From positions 62,001 through 126,000 of the forward strand of contig JAQGDQ010000325.1 of NCBI GenBank assembly GCA_030141605.1: 64,000 nt of DNA, given 5' to 3'. This document shows positions 23,460 through 38,500 of the stretch, in pieces. Positions within the stretch are counted from its first letter, which is position 1, and each line of letters begins with the position of its first letter. Source of the DNA: Tubiluchus corallicola. Taxonomy: Eukaryota > Animalia > Priapulida. The notes beneath the pieces were generated by a model, which was not told where the DNA came from, did not search any database, and saw nothing but the letters and a program-made list of their open reading frames with translations. Both the position numbers and the translations under genes were made by a program.

Positions 23460-24190
23460 ACTCTAAGTAGCTTTCACTAGGTCTGCAGATACAGCAAGCC
23501 CTCGCTTAACGACTCTAAGTAGCTTTCACTAGGTCTGCAGATACAGCAAGTCCTTGCTTAACGACTCTAAGTAGCTTTCACTTGGTCTGCTTCTAAGATA
23601 CAGCAAGTCCTCGCTTAACGACTCTAAGTAGCTTTCACTTGGTCTGCTTCTAAGATACAGCAAGTCCTCGCTTAACGACTCTAAGTAGCTTTCACTTGGT
23701 CTGCTTCTAAGATACACCAAGTCCTCGCTTAACGACTCTAAGCTTTCACTTGGTCTGCTTCTAAGATACAGCAAGTCCTCGCTTAACGACTCTAAGTAGC
23801 TTTCACTTGGTCTGCTTCTAAGATACAGCAAGTCCTCGCTTAACGACTCTAAGTAGCTTTCACTTGGTCTGCTTCTCAGATACAGCAAGTCCTCGCTTAA
23901 CGACTCTAAGTAGCTTTCACTTGGTCTGCTTCTCAGATACAGCAAGTCCTCGCTTAACAACTCTAAGTAGCTTTCACTTGGTCTGCTTCTCAGATATAGC
24001 AAGTCCTCGCTTAACAACTCTAAGTAGCTTTCACTTGGTCTGCTTCTCAAATACAGCAAGTCCTCGCTTAACGACTCTAAGTAGTTTTCACTTGGTCTTT
24101 TGCTCAGATACAGCAAGTCCTCGCTTAATGACTCTAAGTAGCTTTCACTTGGTCTGCTTCTCAGATACAGCAAGTCCTTGCTTAACAACT
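23460..24190. repeat. 57-bp minisatellite, about 13 copies
   Basis: Unit ctctaagtagctttcacttggtctgcttct(a/c)agatacagcaagtcctcgcttaacga. Confidence 0.95.
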
Positions 24191-24839
24191 CCCCAAGTTT
24201 CATCTTAACAATGATTTTTTTCGTTTCCCTCAAAGCCGTTTTTTTATTTTACCAGCAATTTTTTTCCTAATTTGAGCATTAACACAGTACAGATTGTATT
24301 GCTCTGTTCTTAGAACGTATTACTAATGTAAAACAGGACAATTGTTATATGATTTTGCTTCCCAAATGACTACGTACTAAATGCTAGCCGTTTGTTTGCG
24401 GTTTATACGCCTCAAGGCAACTGACTTCGTAGTTTGTGCCAAGTAATTTTGTGTGCAACTTGTTGCTATAGCAACCAGACTAGTGCTGCATGAAAGCAAC
24501 CAAAGCTTGGCTTTCGCTGCGTAGCTTTAACTCCTAACTGCCTATATGTAAGACTTCAACATTAAAGAAAGAGAAACCGCTAGCAAGTCTACTTATGTCT
24601 TGGTAAGAAAGATAGGTGGTTTCAAGCAAGCAGAAAGAAACTAATCAGTCGAAATATTTATTTTAGATGATCGTTGAGCAAGGAATTGCAGTACTTTTTC
24701 TTAACTCATTTCACGTGTTGTAACTTTGGTGAAAATCATACGAAAAATCACTGCTGGTTGTAAAAGTCATCTGTGGTCCTTTACTTAGGTTGGTCCCAGG
24801 GTCAGATTTATCAATAGGTGTAGTAGGTCTTTGGCATAG

Positions 24840-25412
24840 CAATTGTTGTTGTTGGCATCCTTCTGTCTCGGAAGACAATGGATTGTGCGCCAAGAGAGTC
24901 GGTTATTGATCACATTGATGGAGCTGCAGCACCGACTGTGGCTGAGCAGTCTGATCCTTGAACGGCAGTTCCAGCTGCGGGTTGCACATTGGAAGGCTGT
25001 TTCATCCGGGTGAGGTCGGGGATCTTTGCGAGTCCTTTTATCCTCTTGTTTCTTCTCCCTAGTTTTCTCTGCTCTGTTGATGGCTGTCCTGACAGCAGAT
25101 TTCCAGTTGCTTCGATCTGCCGCAAGCGCCTCTTAATTTGCTGGTGTAATGCCGCCTGCCTCGAGGTCCCATTTGTAGCGGAGCAGTGGCCTCCCAGTGG
25201 GTCGGGAGCCAGTAGCAAGCTCACCGTACAGAATGTCCTTGGGCAATCTGCCGTCCTGCATGCGGGAAACATGACCTAACCAGCGCAGACGTCTGTTGGT
25301 GAGTATGGCATACATGCTAGGGATTCCAGCTCTTGCTAGCACATCCTTATTGGTTATGTGCGCCTGCCATGAGATGCCCAGGATTCTTCTGAGGCAGCAT
25401 TGTTGGAAAGCA
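24840..25412 (-). mobile_element. 5'-truncated RTE-clade LINE, (CAA)n tail, 9-bp TSD TTGGCATAG
   Basis: LRRILGISWQAHITNKDVLARAGIPSMYAILTNRRLRWLGHVSRMQDGRLPKDILYGEL..RPTGRPLLRYK is a typical RTE C-terminus; TSD at 24831-24839 and 25413-25421. Confidence 0.92.
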
Positions 25413-25781
25413 TTGGCATAGGGTCCATGGGTTTCTGGGGACCTGCTTAAACTAATTTGTTACGCAGCATACCAGCCTATAATCTTGTTTCAAGTGTACA
25501 CCGGGTAATTTATTATATTATATATTCAAAACCATAAAGGCCCTGTACAATAATTTAGGTCCGCTGTAGGATATACATTTTAGATACTGAAAATGTATAT
25601 ATTGTTGTGTCCGTTTTTTCAAAACCTCTACTCCATTTCAGGATTTAAACTGAAATATGGTTGCACCAGTGTTAGACACAACGTGCTATTAAACACGCAC
25701 ATCGTAAATCGTTGATCTTATAACGAAACGAATTAATTTATAATCGTTTATTCACGACACAGACAGCCTCTCCGCCGCAGC

Positions 25782-26213
25782 TAGGGTTACCATATTGTCT
25801 GAGTTGAAAAATAGGACACTCTGACCAGTCTAGGGTCTATTAAAGCAATGCAAATGCTCCCGGAAGCTGACGTCATTTTAAGTCGTTAGCGAATACGCCG
25901 AGTATCGACAGCGTTGTGAGTCGTGTGACCCGTAGTGATGTGCGCATCGCTTACTTTTGTTGAGTAAATATGTACACAAAGCTTTTACAAGGGTTGCATT
26001 TTGAGATGTTAGCAACATCTTGTATTGAAGATTAACGAGCTTTTCTTTGTCTCGTACTGTCGTACACCTCTGTAGTTTGCAACGTTCGTACATACTTACG
26101 GATTGAGGCAAAACCCGGACAAACTGCAGCTTTTTTGAAAACCCGCCCGGATGCCCGAACAGAGACCCAAAAAGAGGACGTGTTCGGAGAAACCCGCACG
26201 TATGGTAACCATA
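25782..26213. mobile_element. hAT (Blackjack-like) MITE, 8-bp TSD GCCGCAGC
   Basis: gccgcagc|tagggttaccata ... tatggtaaccata|gccgcagc. Confidence 0.9.
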
Positions 26214-28433
26214 GCCGCAGCAATAAATGTCATAAACATTTTGTCTCATTTACATGTAAATCGACTCCAGTTATAACGCTAAGGGCCTGACACTTATTGA
26301 GATATTTCGATTCTGACGGTGGAGTAGTGTTACACGTCCGCACTCACCATAATCTATCAGAAAGGGGGGGGGGGTGAATAAATTGCGCCTCAGTCATGTG
26401 GTTTACTGACAGATACAAATTGGCGCACTGTCAGAATTTGATCAAATTTTCTGATTTCATCCACCGCAGTGGTCGATAGGGATGAGCATCAAACGTTCGA
26501 ATTCGATTCAAACGAGTTTTTTAGTTCGAATTCGATTCGGACTTGAAACTATAGATTCGAATAATTCGGCACTTAAATCACATACGTTCTTTATTATTAA
26601 AATGATTGAAACGTCATGCAATTGGCATAATTTAGCTGTGATTTCTGCGCACAATGTTTAAGCAAATTATTAGTGGTTTTACTGCAGAACAAAATCGAGT
26701 AATATGCATGATCTTTGTAAGACTAATTTTTACTGGTGGTTCGAAAATCTTTCAATCTCAATCTGATTTCAGTTTTTGGTAGAAAACGCTCACCCCTGTG
26801 TTAGATATAGAACTGAGATCATAGATTAAATCAATGAAATAGGCTTCCGTCACAGTTACTTGAAATATGCCAACATTTCAACATTCTTGAGGGGTACTCA
26901 TGAGTTTGGCTTGTAGGCAAATCAGTCCCTGAGTGGTCCCTTTGTTTTACTATTGTAAACTTATTTCTTTTACCCACAGTAATGATCGTAGAAGTAGTAA
27001 TATTCACTTAACTTTGTAGATACGTGTTAGTCACGCATGTATGATCAGTCATTCGTACCACAAAGTGAATTTTCTCAATAGTCACTTGAACTTTGACTGT
27101 TCCGGAAGCAATTTTCCAGTGTTTACCTATCCTGCAAATCATATTTTTCGATTGCTAGATTGAAAATCTAAACTTTTCGGAGGTTTGACTTTTTTCTTTT
27201 GTTATTTTTTGTTGACAAATAGAGTGGCCGTCTCACGGTCCACTGCCGCACTTTCCGCACATTGCGTGCACTGAGGCAAGGAGCATAATACACAGTTGGT
27301 TCCTGCAGCCCATGTAGAAAAGTGTGATTCACTTACTCCACTGACATTTCTCACTCTCATTTATTTTTTGGATAAAAAAACTTGAAAGCAACTTGTACAG
27401 TTTTGTTGTCAATTATTTTTCAAAGTTGTCTGTCGCATCAGTTCACTTGCACAATTTTTTCTTTCACCTGTTTTTATTTACCACCTTTTTATGTAACTTT
27501 TGCTAGTCTCATTTTGTTTTAGTGAAATTTCTCAGACATAGATTTTACTTTAAACCTTTATTGACTTTGTAAAAGTGTAAATAATCATCTATTTCCGTAT
27601 ATTTATGATAAAATATCTGTAGCAGTACATTTCACTTTTGTACATAGCTTTATTTATCTTATTAATATTGTTGTATGTTGTGTATCGTCTGTGTTTTTTT
27701 ACCGTACAGCCAAGCTGTTAAAATTCTACTTCACTGAAGGCAAGCCTCAGAACCATGTATTCACTAAGATGTATTTAAAAATAAAGTAATTATGTATTCA
27801 ATGTGCTCTAGTTGTTTGTTGGTATCGTTTAAAGCTGTTTGTTTATTAAAGGAAAGCAGGATGATTTTCAATATACTACCCTGATTTCAATTACTGTAAA
27901 AAACATTTTACATGCTTAATACTGCAAAAGCGTTTCTGATAATTAGATGATAGATTAAAAACTTAATTAACGGCAGGCGAGCCCAACTATTGATGACATC
28001 ACAAACTAACATAATTTTCAACAGCAAAAATATTTCACGAGCGTGTTGTGCATGTTGGCGGAAGTGAAAATTGAAGTACAGTGCTACTCTAATAAGATAT
28101 TCAGTGTGTTGTGCTAAAACTAGGCAAGTTTCAAGATAAAATTTCAAATTTACCGCTGTGCTCATGCATGAGCCGTCGAACGTTTGTAGTTCGTCACAAA
28201 CTAACACATCTCAACTGAGAGGTACGGCTGCTATAGCACCTGCTTTTTTGTGCAATGGGTATCCAAAATGCAGTAACAGCGAAGAGCTAGTAGCACGAGC
28301 ACAAAATTGTGTTTGTGTGGTAATAATTCTTTCACTTAAGTCATTTTTGAAAAGTAGTACGTTGCCTTTCAATATTTTAGAGAGTAGATTGTTTTGACCT
28401 GCACACAACACAAGTTATTTCTAAATGTATTTA

Positions 28434-28908
28434 CAGTCAACCTCGGATATAAGAGACTCCTCCAGACCGGAAAAAAACCGTCCCTTATAGCCGAAGTTGA
28501 GTCAGACCGAGGGTGTATCTACACCTGTACTTTTCTGTACTGTTACCCATATTTTTATGGATTATTGCTACACATTTAGCGCAAACGGTATGTAGGAAGC
28601 TCCTGCAATGATGCGAGATGTATGTGACCGCAGAAACCGAGCTGTTCGAAGGCCGAGTTTGCGAAAATTAGGTAAAAATCGATCAATTTTGCTTTGATCA
28701 CAGGGTCCCTTATATGCGAGGTAATTTACCTGGGTTTCTATTATGCGGAACCTGAGTATAACGTTCCTTATAATGGAAAGTCCCTTATATCCGAGTACCT
28801 TATATAGGAAGATTTTTACGTAGAAAAAATGTTACAAAAAATCGGGACCGGTGTTGGTGGTCCCTTATAAGCGAATGTCCCTTATAACCGAGTACCCGAG
28901 GTTGATTG
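28434..28908. mobile_element. pogo/Tigger-like MITE, TA TSD
   Basis: ta|cagtcaacctcgg ... ccgaggttgattg|ta, with subterminal cccttata repeats. Confidence 0.85.
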
Positions 28909-30097
28909 TATACGTGCAAAATGGGAGATTGCATTTCCAATGAGGGGGATGTGGATGATTAAGATCAATTATAACACATCTTTACAAACAACTACATGTA
29001 TTAATAAATAAATGTGCAGTCCAATAATGTATGTACGTTTAAAGGAAAACCGGACGATCGTGTAAACATTAGTTCAAAATAAAGTATGCTCTAAAATAGT
29101 GAAAACTACAACATCTTTTTGTATATAAAAGCCTACATTAAATAATAATTACCTCGGATAGTTAAATTTTGCTAAACATTCAAAGCTATGTGTGGCTCAG
29201 CGAATCCACTGGGACTGGCAAAGGCGCCGGTCACATTCGCGTGGCTAACAAATAGGCACCGTACCATGATAAGCACGGTGTGACATAGAGCATATGTTTG
29301 TGACATCTTACAGCAGTCTCCGTTTCGCTTATGCCTGCCATTGCACAAACCGTGGTTAGTTTGTGATGTTAGCGATAACTATGTTCGGTTGTCATTAAGT
29401 AACGTTCCAAGGTAATTATTCGAATATTAAAAACAATTGCGAATAATAATAACAAATAATAAAATCATTCGAACTTTTATAAGCCAGAAAATCTATATTT
29501 TAGACAGTAAATTAAAATGAGATTGAGTCTAAACAATCGTCCAGTTTTGCTCTGAATATAACAATATGTACAACGGTTGTGTTAAAAATTTAAAGAGTAA
29601 ATTTTAGGACTCAGCCTCAGCCTCATACAGGAAGGTATGCAATGTGAGCTAATCTATACAGTAAGGTCAAGTTATTCTTAGCTTGCCAGCAAGTTAACAC
29701 TGACCACTGGTCACTTAATTTTAGAACATTTGCATTAAAATCTCTATTGCACATGGCCTACGGAAGAGGGGATCAGTCAGCATCTATCTTCAGTTTATCA
29801 CACATTAGAACTGCATCTAGAATTTAGGCATCGCAGTTAGTTGTTCTTCTTTGTTAATTAGACCGAGTGGTGCCATCTACTGGCAGATAAAGAGTATATT
29901 CGGTGTTTCTTTTCGATCGAGAATCAGCGAGAAACGTGTTAGAAAGAGGGCGGCCATATTAGTTACCTCCACTTCTCTTCTGCCACTGTATTTGTAGACA
30001 CTTTCAAGATGGTTAAGATGGTTATCTTAACGACTTTAACGATCTTAATGACCTAATCACCTTTAAGATGGTTACTGCCGAGCACTCGCATGTTGTA

Positions 30098-31197
30098 TCA
30101 TGAATCAGAGCTGGGTATAGCAGCAGGAGATTCCTCCACTCCGTTTTTTTCGATCGCCTCTTCCTTTTTCGAGTCACCACCTCTGTTTTTCCTGCTCGTG
30201 CGGTGAAACAGTTTTGTGACTTTCTCCTTGGTGATTTTTAGCGGAAACAGCGCCCTCATTCCTGCGAACGCCGGTGGCGCTTCTGTCACCTGCGGTTCGT
30301 CTTCGAACGCGCGGTCGCCAATGTCGACGTAACTGTAAAACAGGTGCTCGTCCGCGTTTTCGTCCTTTTCTCTGTCGCTGCATTGAGCTCGTTTCGTTCG
30401 AAACGTATCACCGACTTTGATTTGTCTCATGTACAAAGGAGATTTTTCCTTGCACCAGCTGCAAACTGAATTAAACAATTCACCACTTTCGACATCGTCG
30501 TTGTTTTCCAGTCTTTCAAACTTAACGTTTTTGTCTTTAGCGTTCAACTCGAGCATGATTCGTTTGTTTTCTGACAAGCAGCAAGCCAAGAAAATGTCTT
30601 CTTTCACCGTTTCCAACAGCCTTAATGTCCTGAATTTGGACGGTGTAACACCGTGAATGAGCCTGACCGTCAGTGGCAGGTCGAACACCTTTAAGATGTT
30701 AGGCATCGTGTGAATCTTGTGCGTATTCGATGAGCTGGGTCTGGCTATGGGATAAAAATCGCCCTCTCTGTGATAGGGGATGAAAATGACGTCGTCTTTG
30801 CTGTTCATGCACTTCAAGTAAAAACTTCCCTTTTGGGGGGTTTTCTCAGCATCCTTTTCTGCATCTTCCGCAGTCGTCTTTCCAGTGTTGACCTTCTCGT
30901 CAGCGAAAATGCCTACAGCTTTAATTATCGTACCTGCGTGAACAACCGTGGCGCTATAAACACGAGCTTCTGCCGAATCGTTTCCCGATAACGGTGATTC
31001 CGGAGATTCTTTTCCTTTCGGAGGTTCTTCCTGTTCATCCGGCGATTCCTTTTTCTTCTGCTTGGGCAATCCATCGTCTCGGTACACGCGGATGTCCGTC
31101 TCAACGAGAAAATACTGGCAGCGGATCTTTGCTATTTCTTCTATAGTTCGATACAGCGCCTTAGGTTTACTATCTTCTGTCATCAGTGAAAACCAAC
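30098..31197 (-). CDS. CABIT protein coding exon 3
   Basis: ttttgaag|[13 protein letters not shown]... continuing as the 361-aa ORF to the stop at 30098. Confidence 0.9.
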
Positions 31198-34100
31198 CTT
31201 CAAAAGAAATGATTCAATTCAAATTTGTTTGTTTATCATACCTGCCGACAGCAACAGTTGACCTCTAAGCTGTTACTAATGTGAATCTACAGGAATCGCT
31301 CCATAAATAAAGCTTAAGAAATTGGTCTTGAAATTTTGTACCGCTTACATGCAGTCTTATTGCATACAGAGCTTGCGTAGCAGTAACGCTGCACAAAACT
31401 TGCAAATTTAAACTCCTGCAATAACAGTTAGGCACAGCCATTCGAACGGTTAGTTGTTTGAAACAAGTTTAGATAACATTGCATAAAGTTTAAAAAAATA
31501 ATCAAAGTATTTGAAGTCTCTGCACTAACTAAGCAAAAATTTAAATTACTTTATATGTCAGTAAAATTAATAACATGTTTTTTGATGAAACACTGACGTT
31601 TTTGATGAACAATGAGATGGGGATGCAGTGACATTTTACCAACTGGCACAAACATTTCAAATTATTATGAATTTTCTAATTACATAACTCTTTCAAGCTA
31701 ATACACAAAATGTTGAGTAATATAATTTTGTACGGAAACTTTTTTCAGGATACACCTTAGAATTCCCTTTCTTCCCCTTTGGGAAATATTGTTCACTGAT
31801 TCCATAAATTTCTGTTCAAAAATTAACAGTGAACTTTCATGTAGGAACTACTCATCTCATATATGAGCTTCATCCATTCCATTTTAAGCACTAAATGTTT
31901 TCTTTATAATACGATTCACTTCAAATTTTCAGATTATCTCCATTACTTTTTTCTTTCACAGTGTGGGACAATCTAACAAGCCCTGCTTTTTGATTGCCCG
32001 CAACATATTTACATTTGTATATGTGGCAAACCTAAACTATGGTACATCTAAACTAGTTATGTGCTCAAAGTAAACTGTATACGAATTTACTAAGCAACAT
32101 ACAACAGCGATAATTCTGTTGTTTATCTTTCAACCCCACAGTGTTTTGAGAGTCAAGTTAGTATATTTGTAATGATGCTGTACATAACGTTGTTTAGACA
32201 CCAGTACTAAAGGAAGTAGCGATATCACTATCTTTGTTTACCATAGGTTGACCTACGTCTAAAGACAATTTAAATCATTTTTTCCAAAATTTGCTTCCTA
32301 TTATATATCTTACTGTTTGTTATTCATTGAATTATTGATAACTTTTTGTTTCTTTTAATGTATTAAATGTGCATTTGTGTTGATGTGAAATAAATAAACA
32401 AAACAAAAAACAATAAATAATAAATTATATCTTCACCTTTAAAGAGTTTTTTTAGAACCTATTATAGTGAAAAACCAATGTTTGTGTAATTGCAATAATT
32501 TCTTAAGTAGTCATCAAATACTCTGACACAAAGGTCTGTTCACATAACTATGTGAACAACTGTGATTTCAGGTCAGTAAGTGCAAGTCAAGCACATTCAT
32601 GAGAAACACCCATAGAATCTAAACCTTAGACAAAATGCAAACCGTCAACGTTGTTGTTGTTACCTGTAATTACACTGCCCAGCGATTATTAGAAAAGCCC
32701 ATATATGGTAGAATGAGCAACGTTTGTACCTGGAGGACACAATAGAATGATTACCCATCAAATGATTGTCAATCACAGTTCTAGGCAGGTGAAAATGTTT
32801 GGTGTCTGTGTAGTCAATTTCACACGTTGTTTTGCTGCCTCACTAACACGTATATTTTCTATATTCAAAAAGCAACTTGTACAGGTGACTTGTCTAGACA
32901 TGTTTTGTAGGGTTTGATGACAGGTGAATTTACTGAACATAGTAATTGTTAGCCTAAATGTGATTTTTGTTGCAAGAAAAAGCTTTCGTTGACCTAGATT
33001 TCCATGAGAGGTGGTGCACATGTCATTCTTATACTAGTAAATAAGTTGTGTAGGCACTGTAAGTTAATAATGACAGAGTGAACACGTGGTTACTAAATTA
33101 TGAAAACAAACTTGTCATAAAAGACGAAAACATAAAAAAGTTGCGACCGAGTTGGGATTCGAACCATGAGCCGCTTAATTACTTATCTATGCCATTGCCA
33201 TTAGACTATAAGTTACACTCCTTTATACCAGGCCTGAGTATTCTCTGCCAGAAAGCGAAATCGAATCGAATTTGTGACTTTCGAAATCGAATCGAACTGA
33301 ACTTCGGCGTTCTTCAATTTCGAATCGAATTCGAATTGAAATTGAAAGGTTTTCGAACAAGTTTCCAAACCACCAACAAAAATTGGTCTTACAAAGATCA
33401 TGCATATTGCTTGATTTTGCTCTGCAGTAAAACCACTGACAACTTATTTAAAAATTGCGCACAGAAATCACAGCTAAATTATGCTAATTGCACGATGCTT
33501 AAAATGTTTTAATGATAAAGAACGCATGTGATTGAAGTGCTGAATTACTCGAATCTACAGTTTTACGTTCGAATCGAATTCGAACTAAAAACTCGTTCGA
33601 ATCGAAACTCGAATGTTTGATGTTCACCCCTACTTTATACCACAAAAGTCAATTTAAAATTTTAGTATCACTGAAATTAGTATCTCCTATAATGGTTTGA
33701 TAATCCAAGGCCTCTGTTTCAAATTTAGGCTCATAACATTATCACGCAGGCCTGGTAGGAGTGATTGAACAAAAAATGTGGCTTGTCCTTTTATCCGGCA
33801 CAGCAGTGATTGTATTCACAATAATAGTACAGATGGATTACTAATGTCTGTTAATTATTGATTTATTTAATTTTTTATTGAGTTAAATATTTTTAAAATA
33901 TAGGTAGGTTAAATTATTACTGCCATCTTACCTGAATAATCTTCTGGTATGATCAGTGGGAGACCAACGGCTCTTCCAGCTGGATCTTTGCCCCCTCTAG
34001 TGAGCGTTCGGCAAATTACTTTGTTGTAGTCATGCTTTACGGAATGCAACAGAAATGGCTTGCTCAGATCTATGCTCGCTTCAGCACCAAAATAATAATT

Positions 34101-35486
34101 AGAATCTAAAAAAACGAGTAATTTGAGAAATAAGTCTAGCGGGAATTAAATAAGTGTAACTGCCTTCAGGGCAGGCAAGGTAACAGTTAGTTTCTGGCAT
34201 CATTGATAAATCTTTAGAGCTGGTGTCAACATAACGCAATCTATTATCTTTCTTCTTACCATTTCCACTAACACATCCGTCTACCCTTCCTGTGTGATCT
34301 AACCTTTCTCCCAGTTCTTTTTTTTTTTGTTCACTCATCCATTCCTTTTTATCGGGTTCACATGACAATAGGTTTATACAAGCCTTTGCTTCTCTAGCCC
34401 ACTGCAGTACAATTATTCTTTTATGATATCGATAGTGTATAAAACATAACAATTTAATACAGTAGATGTAATAATTTTGATGTCACTGTGTGCTTAATGT
34501 CATTATATTGTACTGAATGTGATAATAATAAAAAAAATAAAATAAAATCACCACCAAAATAATAAACTGGAAAGTAAAACACAAAATTTGAACAATAAAT
34601 GATGTAGTTTAGTGATAATTTTTTTGTTTAAATAAGTAACTCCTTTCAGGGCCTGCAGTTGGTCAAAATGATGGACACGAACAAATAAGGGAAATGATGT
34701 ATGTATTTTCACGAATATCAAATGTTGGTGAACATTTAATGAAGAAATGTCAGTTCCACAATGAACAATAAATTCTATTGTTGTATTAAAAGCAAATATG
34801 AGTTTGTTGTTCTAGAAATCTTTCCACTGCACAAAACACGAGAAAGAAGATGCATTTCAGATTGTATTTTAGTAACATGTAGCACCAAAGTGCATCTTTC
34901 ATTTTATATATTTTAATAATATAATTTTACGTTGAAGTTGTTGCTATGCAGGTATTAACTGATGTTTGTTATTACTGCTGTCATGGTCTTTTGGTTGCTA
35001 TGGCTGTAACTTCATTGACAGCAACAGAAACACAAGCTGACAAGCAAGACGAGGAATAACGACGATAAAACAACAGCAGCAGCAACACCAACAACAAAAG
35101 CAAACAGCACAAAAAGCAGCAGCTGCAAGAACAACAACAACGACAAGGAATATGAAACAGTTAACAGCAACATCAACAACAATAAAGGTACCACCACTAC
35201 CACCACCAACAACAACACCGCTGCAGCAGCAACATAACAACAACAGCAGTAGCAACAACAACAGCAACAGCAACAACTTCAACAAGAGCAACAGCTTCAA
35301 CAGCAGAAGCAGCAGCAACAACAACAACAACAGCAACAGCAACAACTTCAACAAGAGCAACAACTTCAACAGCAGCAGCAGCAACAACAACAACAACAGC
35401 AACAACAACAGCAACAGCAATAACAACAGCAGCAACAACAACAACAACAGCAGCAGCAGCAATAGCAACAGCAGCAACAGCAACAA

Positions 35487-35533
<47 letters not shown>

Positions 35534-38500
35534 ACAACAACAACAACAGCAACAACAACAACAGCGTCACTCGTTAAGACACAAAGCCCGGCAACATTCA
35601 AAGTGCAAGGTTGGTCCAAGGATTAACACGCAGAGAAAGCTGGGTTGACAAGTTAACAAATAACTGGTTATGCAACAAATAAACCAACTCTTATGATGAA
35701 TTGAAATCACGTTTATAAACTCTTGTCATTCAAGCGTCTCGGGTTCATTGTGCTTTTGATTTTCGATTATAAAATCACCCAACTTGAAAAGAGTTCGCTT
35801 GAGGGAGAGGCTCACATTCACTTTGTAACTGCATGCTACAACTACTGCTCGAATTCTAATCTTTCTAATCTTAACACAATGATTAGTCGTTTTGATTTTG
35901 GTTAGAAAAACTAACACTTCAAACAAAAATTTCAGCACTGAATAAAATGAAATCCAGGGTGATTATTTCTTGTACTCGCAGCAGATAAGATCTTAGTTGT
36001 TGTAGACAGAATTGTTGTATTGCACAATACATTCATCATTCACATGTAGATATGAGATACTCAGTGGCGGCTCGTGCATAGGTACCGGTATCGCAGCACC
36101 CCCTGTTTTCACTCGTTACTATCGATAATATCAATATACTGTAATAAGTCTTTTTTCTTTAGTTATTTTTTATACTTGTGCCGAACCAGAGCACGCGAGG
36201 GAAGTACTGTTTGCTTCACAGCCCAAGCAGCATTAATGCTTATTTTTATCAATTCTTGCAACATTAACAACGTTGCATCGAACTGCAGCAGCATTAATGC
36301 TTATTTTTATCAATTCTTGCAACATTAACAACATTGCATCGAACTGCAACAGCATTAATGCTTGTTTTTATCAATTCTTGCAACATTAACAACATTGCAT
36401 CGAACTGCAACAGCATTAATGCTTATTTTTATCAATTCTTGTAACATTAACAACATTGCATCGAACTGCAGCAGCATTAATGCTTATTTTTAACAATTCT
36501 TGCAACATTAACAACGTTGCATCGAACTGCAGCAGCATTAATGCTTATTTTTATCAATTCTTGCAACATTAACAACATTGCATCGAACTGCAGCAGCATT
36601 AATGTTTGTTTTTATCAATTCTTGCAACATTAACCACATTGCATCGAACTGCAACAGCATTAATGCTTATTTTTATCAATTCTTGTAACATTAACAACAT
36701 TGCATCTTCCCCTGATTTACGTTTCCGTAGTGACGTCATGTAATAGCGCGGTCGGAACAGTATTGCGGGAGTTTTAAAATGAAAACAAACAAAAATTCCT
36801 TTTCACGCGAGTACGATATAAGCATAAAATTGCTATAAAGTAATATAATTTTTTAAGGCAATTTTTCTAAAATCTATTTCAGGTACCCCTTTTCTTGTCA
36901 TTTAAGACATGGTCGGTGTTATTAAAACATACATTCATTGTATGACGTTGCTTTTTAAATTAACTTTCATTACACCTGTTGTTCACATCACTACCAAGCA
37001 ATGGACCAAGTAGATCTACGTTGTGTGAACAGATTTTCTGGACCAGCTTTAAACTTCTTGTGTGAATGGGGCATAAGTACTGAAAATGGCGATAAGACTC
37101 CTCTCTTCATCCCGTGCCACGCCCAAAATATATATTTTTGACTACCTGGAGAAATGGTAGTCTCTTGCCACACAAAGGCTGCATTTTCAGGAAAATTCCC
37201 CAAAGTAAGTGATTGGGGTCAAGTTTCCCAGCATGCTAGGCTGGGAACAATTCCTACATGTGTAAAATGTTTATTCTCTTCGTCCTTGAATTTGTTTAAC
37301 TTCTATTGACTAAGTACCTGCCATTTTGGGATTGACTCAAGGATTGGTACATTGACCCAATCAAGTCGACAATAGAAGACACATATGGTGCGTCGAGTGC
37401 TTAAACTCACCTGTCATTAAGTTTGTCATTTAATCTTGTTTTAAGTGCAGGTGCTACAGAGATTTTACCAATGAGAATCATGTTATAGGTGTGCTTGCAA
37501 ACCAAAACCGTTCATAAGTCAGCATAGTGAAAACTACGTTATGATGCTTCAAAGTAGAATGCACCAAAAATTTTGTCAAATGTCAATTTTTATTCTTTCT
37601 TATAAAAACAAACGCTAAAATATATTGGACTTTTATAACCTAGCATCAAATTATTAAGAAAATTTTCAAAAAATACTACAAATTTTATAACACCGTAGCC
37701 ACTTTTCTGGCTAGAAACTAGTGCTGCAATTGTAAAAAACTCCTATTTTCAAACTCCGATAGTAGCTCCTGGAAGCAGTCATTTTGCTTCGGGTTTTTTC
37801 TGTTGCCAAGCCCAGATCTTCGTCAAAAAGAGCCATCTACTGGATTTAAACATAACTTCAATGTGTTCTTGCAAAGTCCGTAGCAACCAACATTTGCGCA
37901 GTTACTAAGTGTTTCGTAGAAACCCGACAGAAACAATGGCTAACTTTAACAGTGAATTTCTCAAGATTATGTTTTCCAGTGTACAGCCTGTACATCGGCT
38001 TCAAAGTGAATTATTTCAGCTTAAAAATAACATACAACGATGAACTTTGTATCAAAATGATCCCCATGAAATGGAGATTCAGGATATGTGAATAACTAGA
38101 AAAGATTAATTGGTGACTTATGAACAAGTTTGCTATGCAAGCACACATATGAGAAAGGGACAAATGCATAACTTTAGGATAATTTCACATTTATTCATTT
38201 CTTGTGACAAATGGACAATGCGATTATCTCGTTCATCCGTTCAAGAAAAGATTGACGACTGGGTTCATAACAAACTTCATGACGATAAAGTGCATATCGC
38301 TTTAATTATCAAGAGAACAAACAACATATTCTGAAAATGCGCTGTTTCATCACAAAACAAAGGCTTGAACCTCAACGTGCATTGATTTGACTTATAAGCG
38401 TTCTGTTCACCTTGATAAAAGGCAATGTTTAACCACACAGCGAAGTCGTTAAACTTCAACATGTGTTGATTTGCCTTACGTATCTTCTGCTCACTTTATT

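Noticed and set aside
34998-35619. Poly-Leu, poly-Asn/Ser and poly-Val/Ala ORFs
   Set aside because: Trinucleotide microsatellite inside a CABIT-gene intron, with no splice or homology support.
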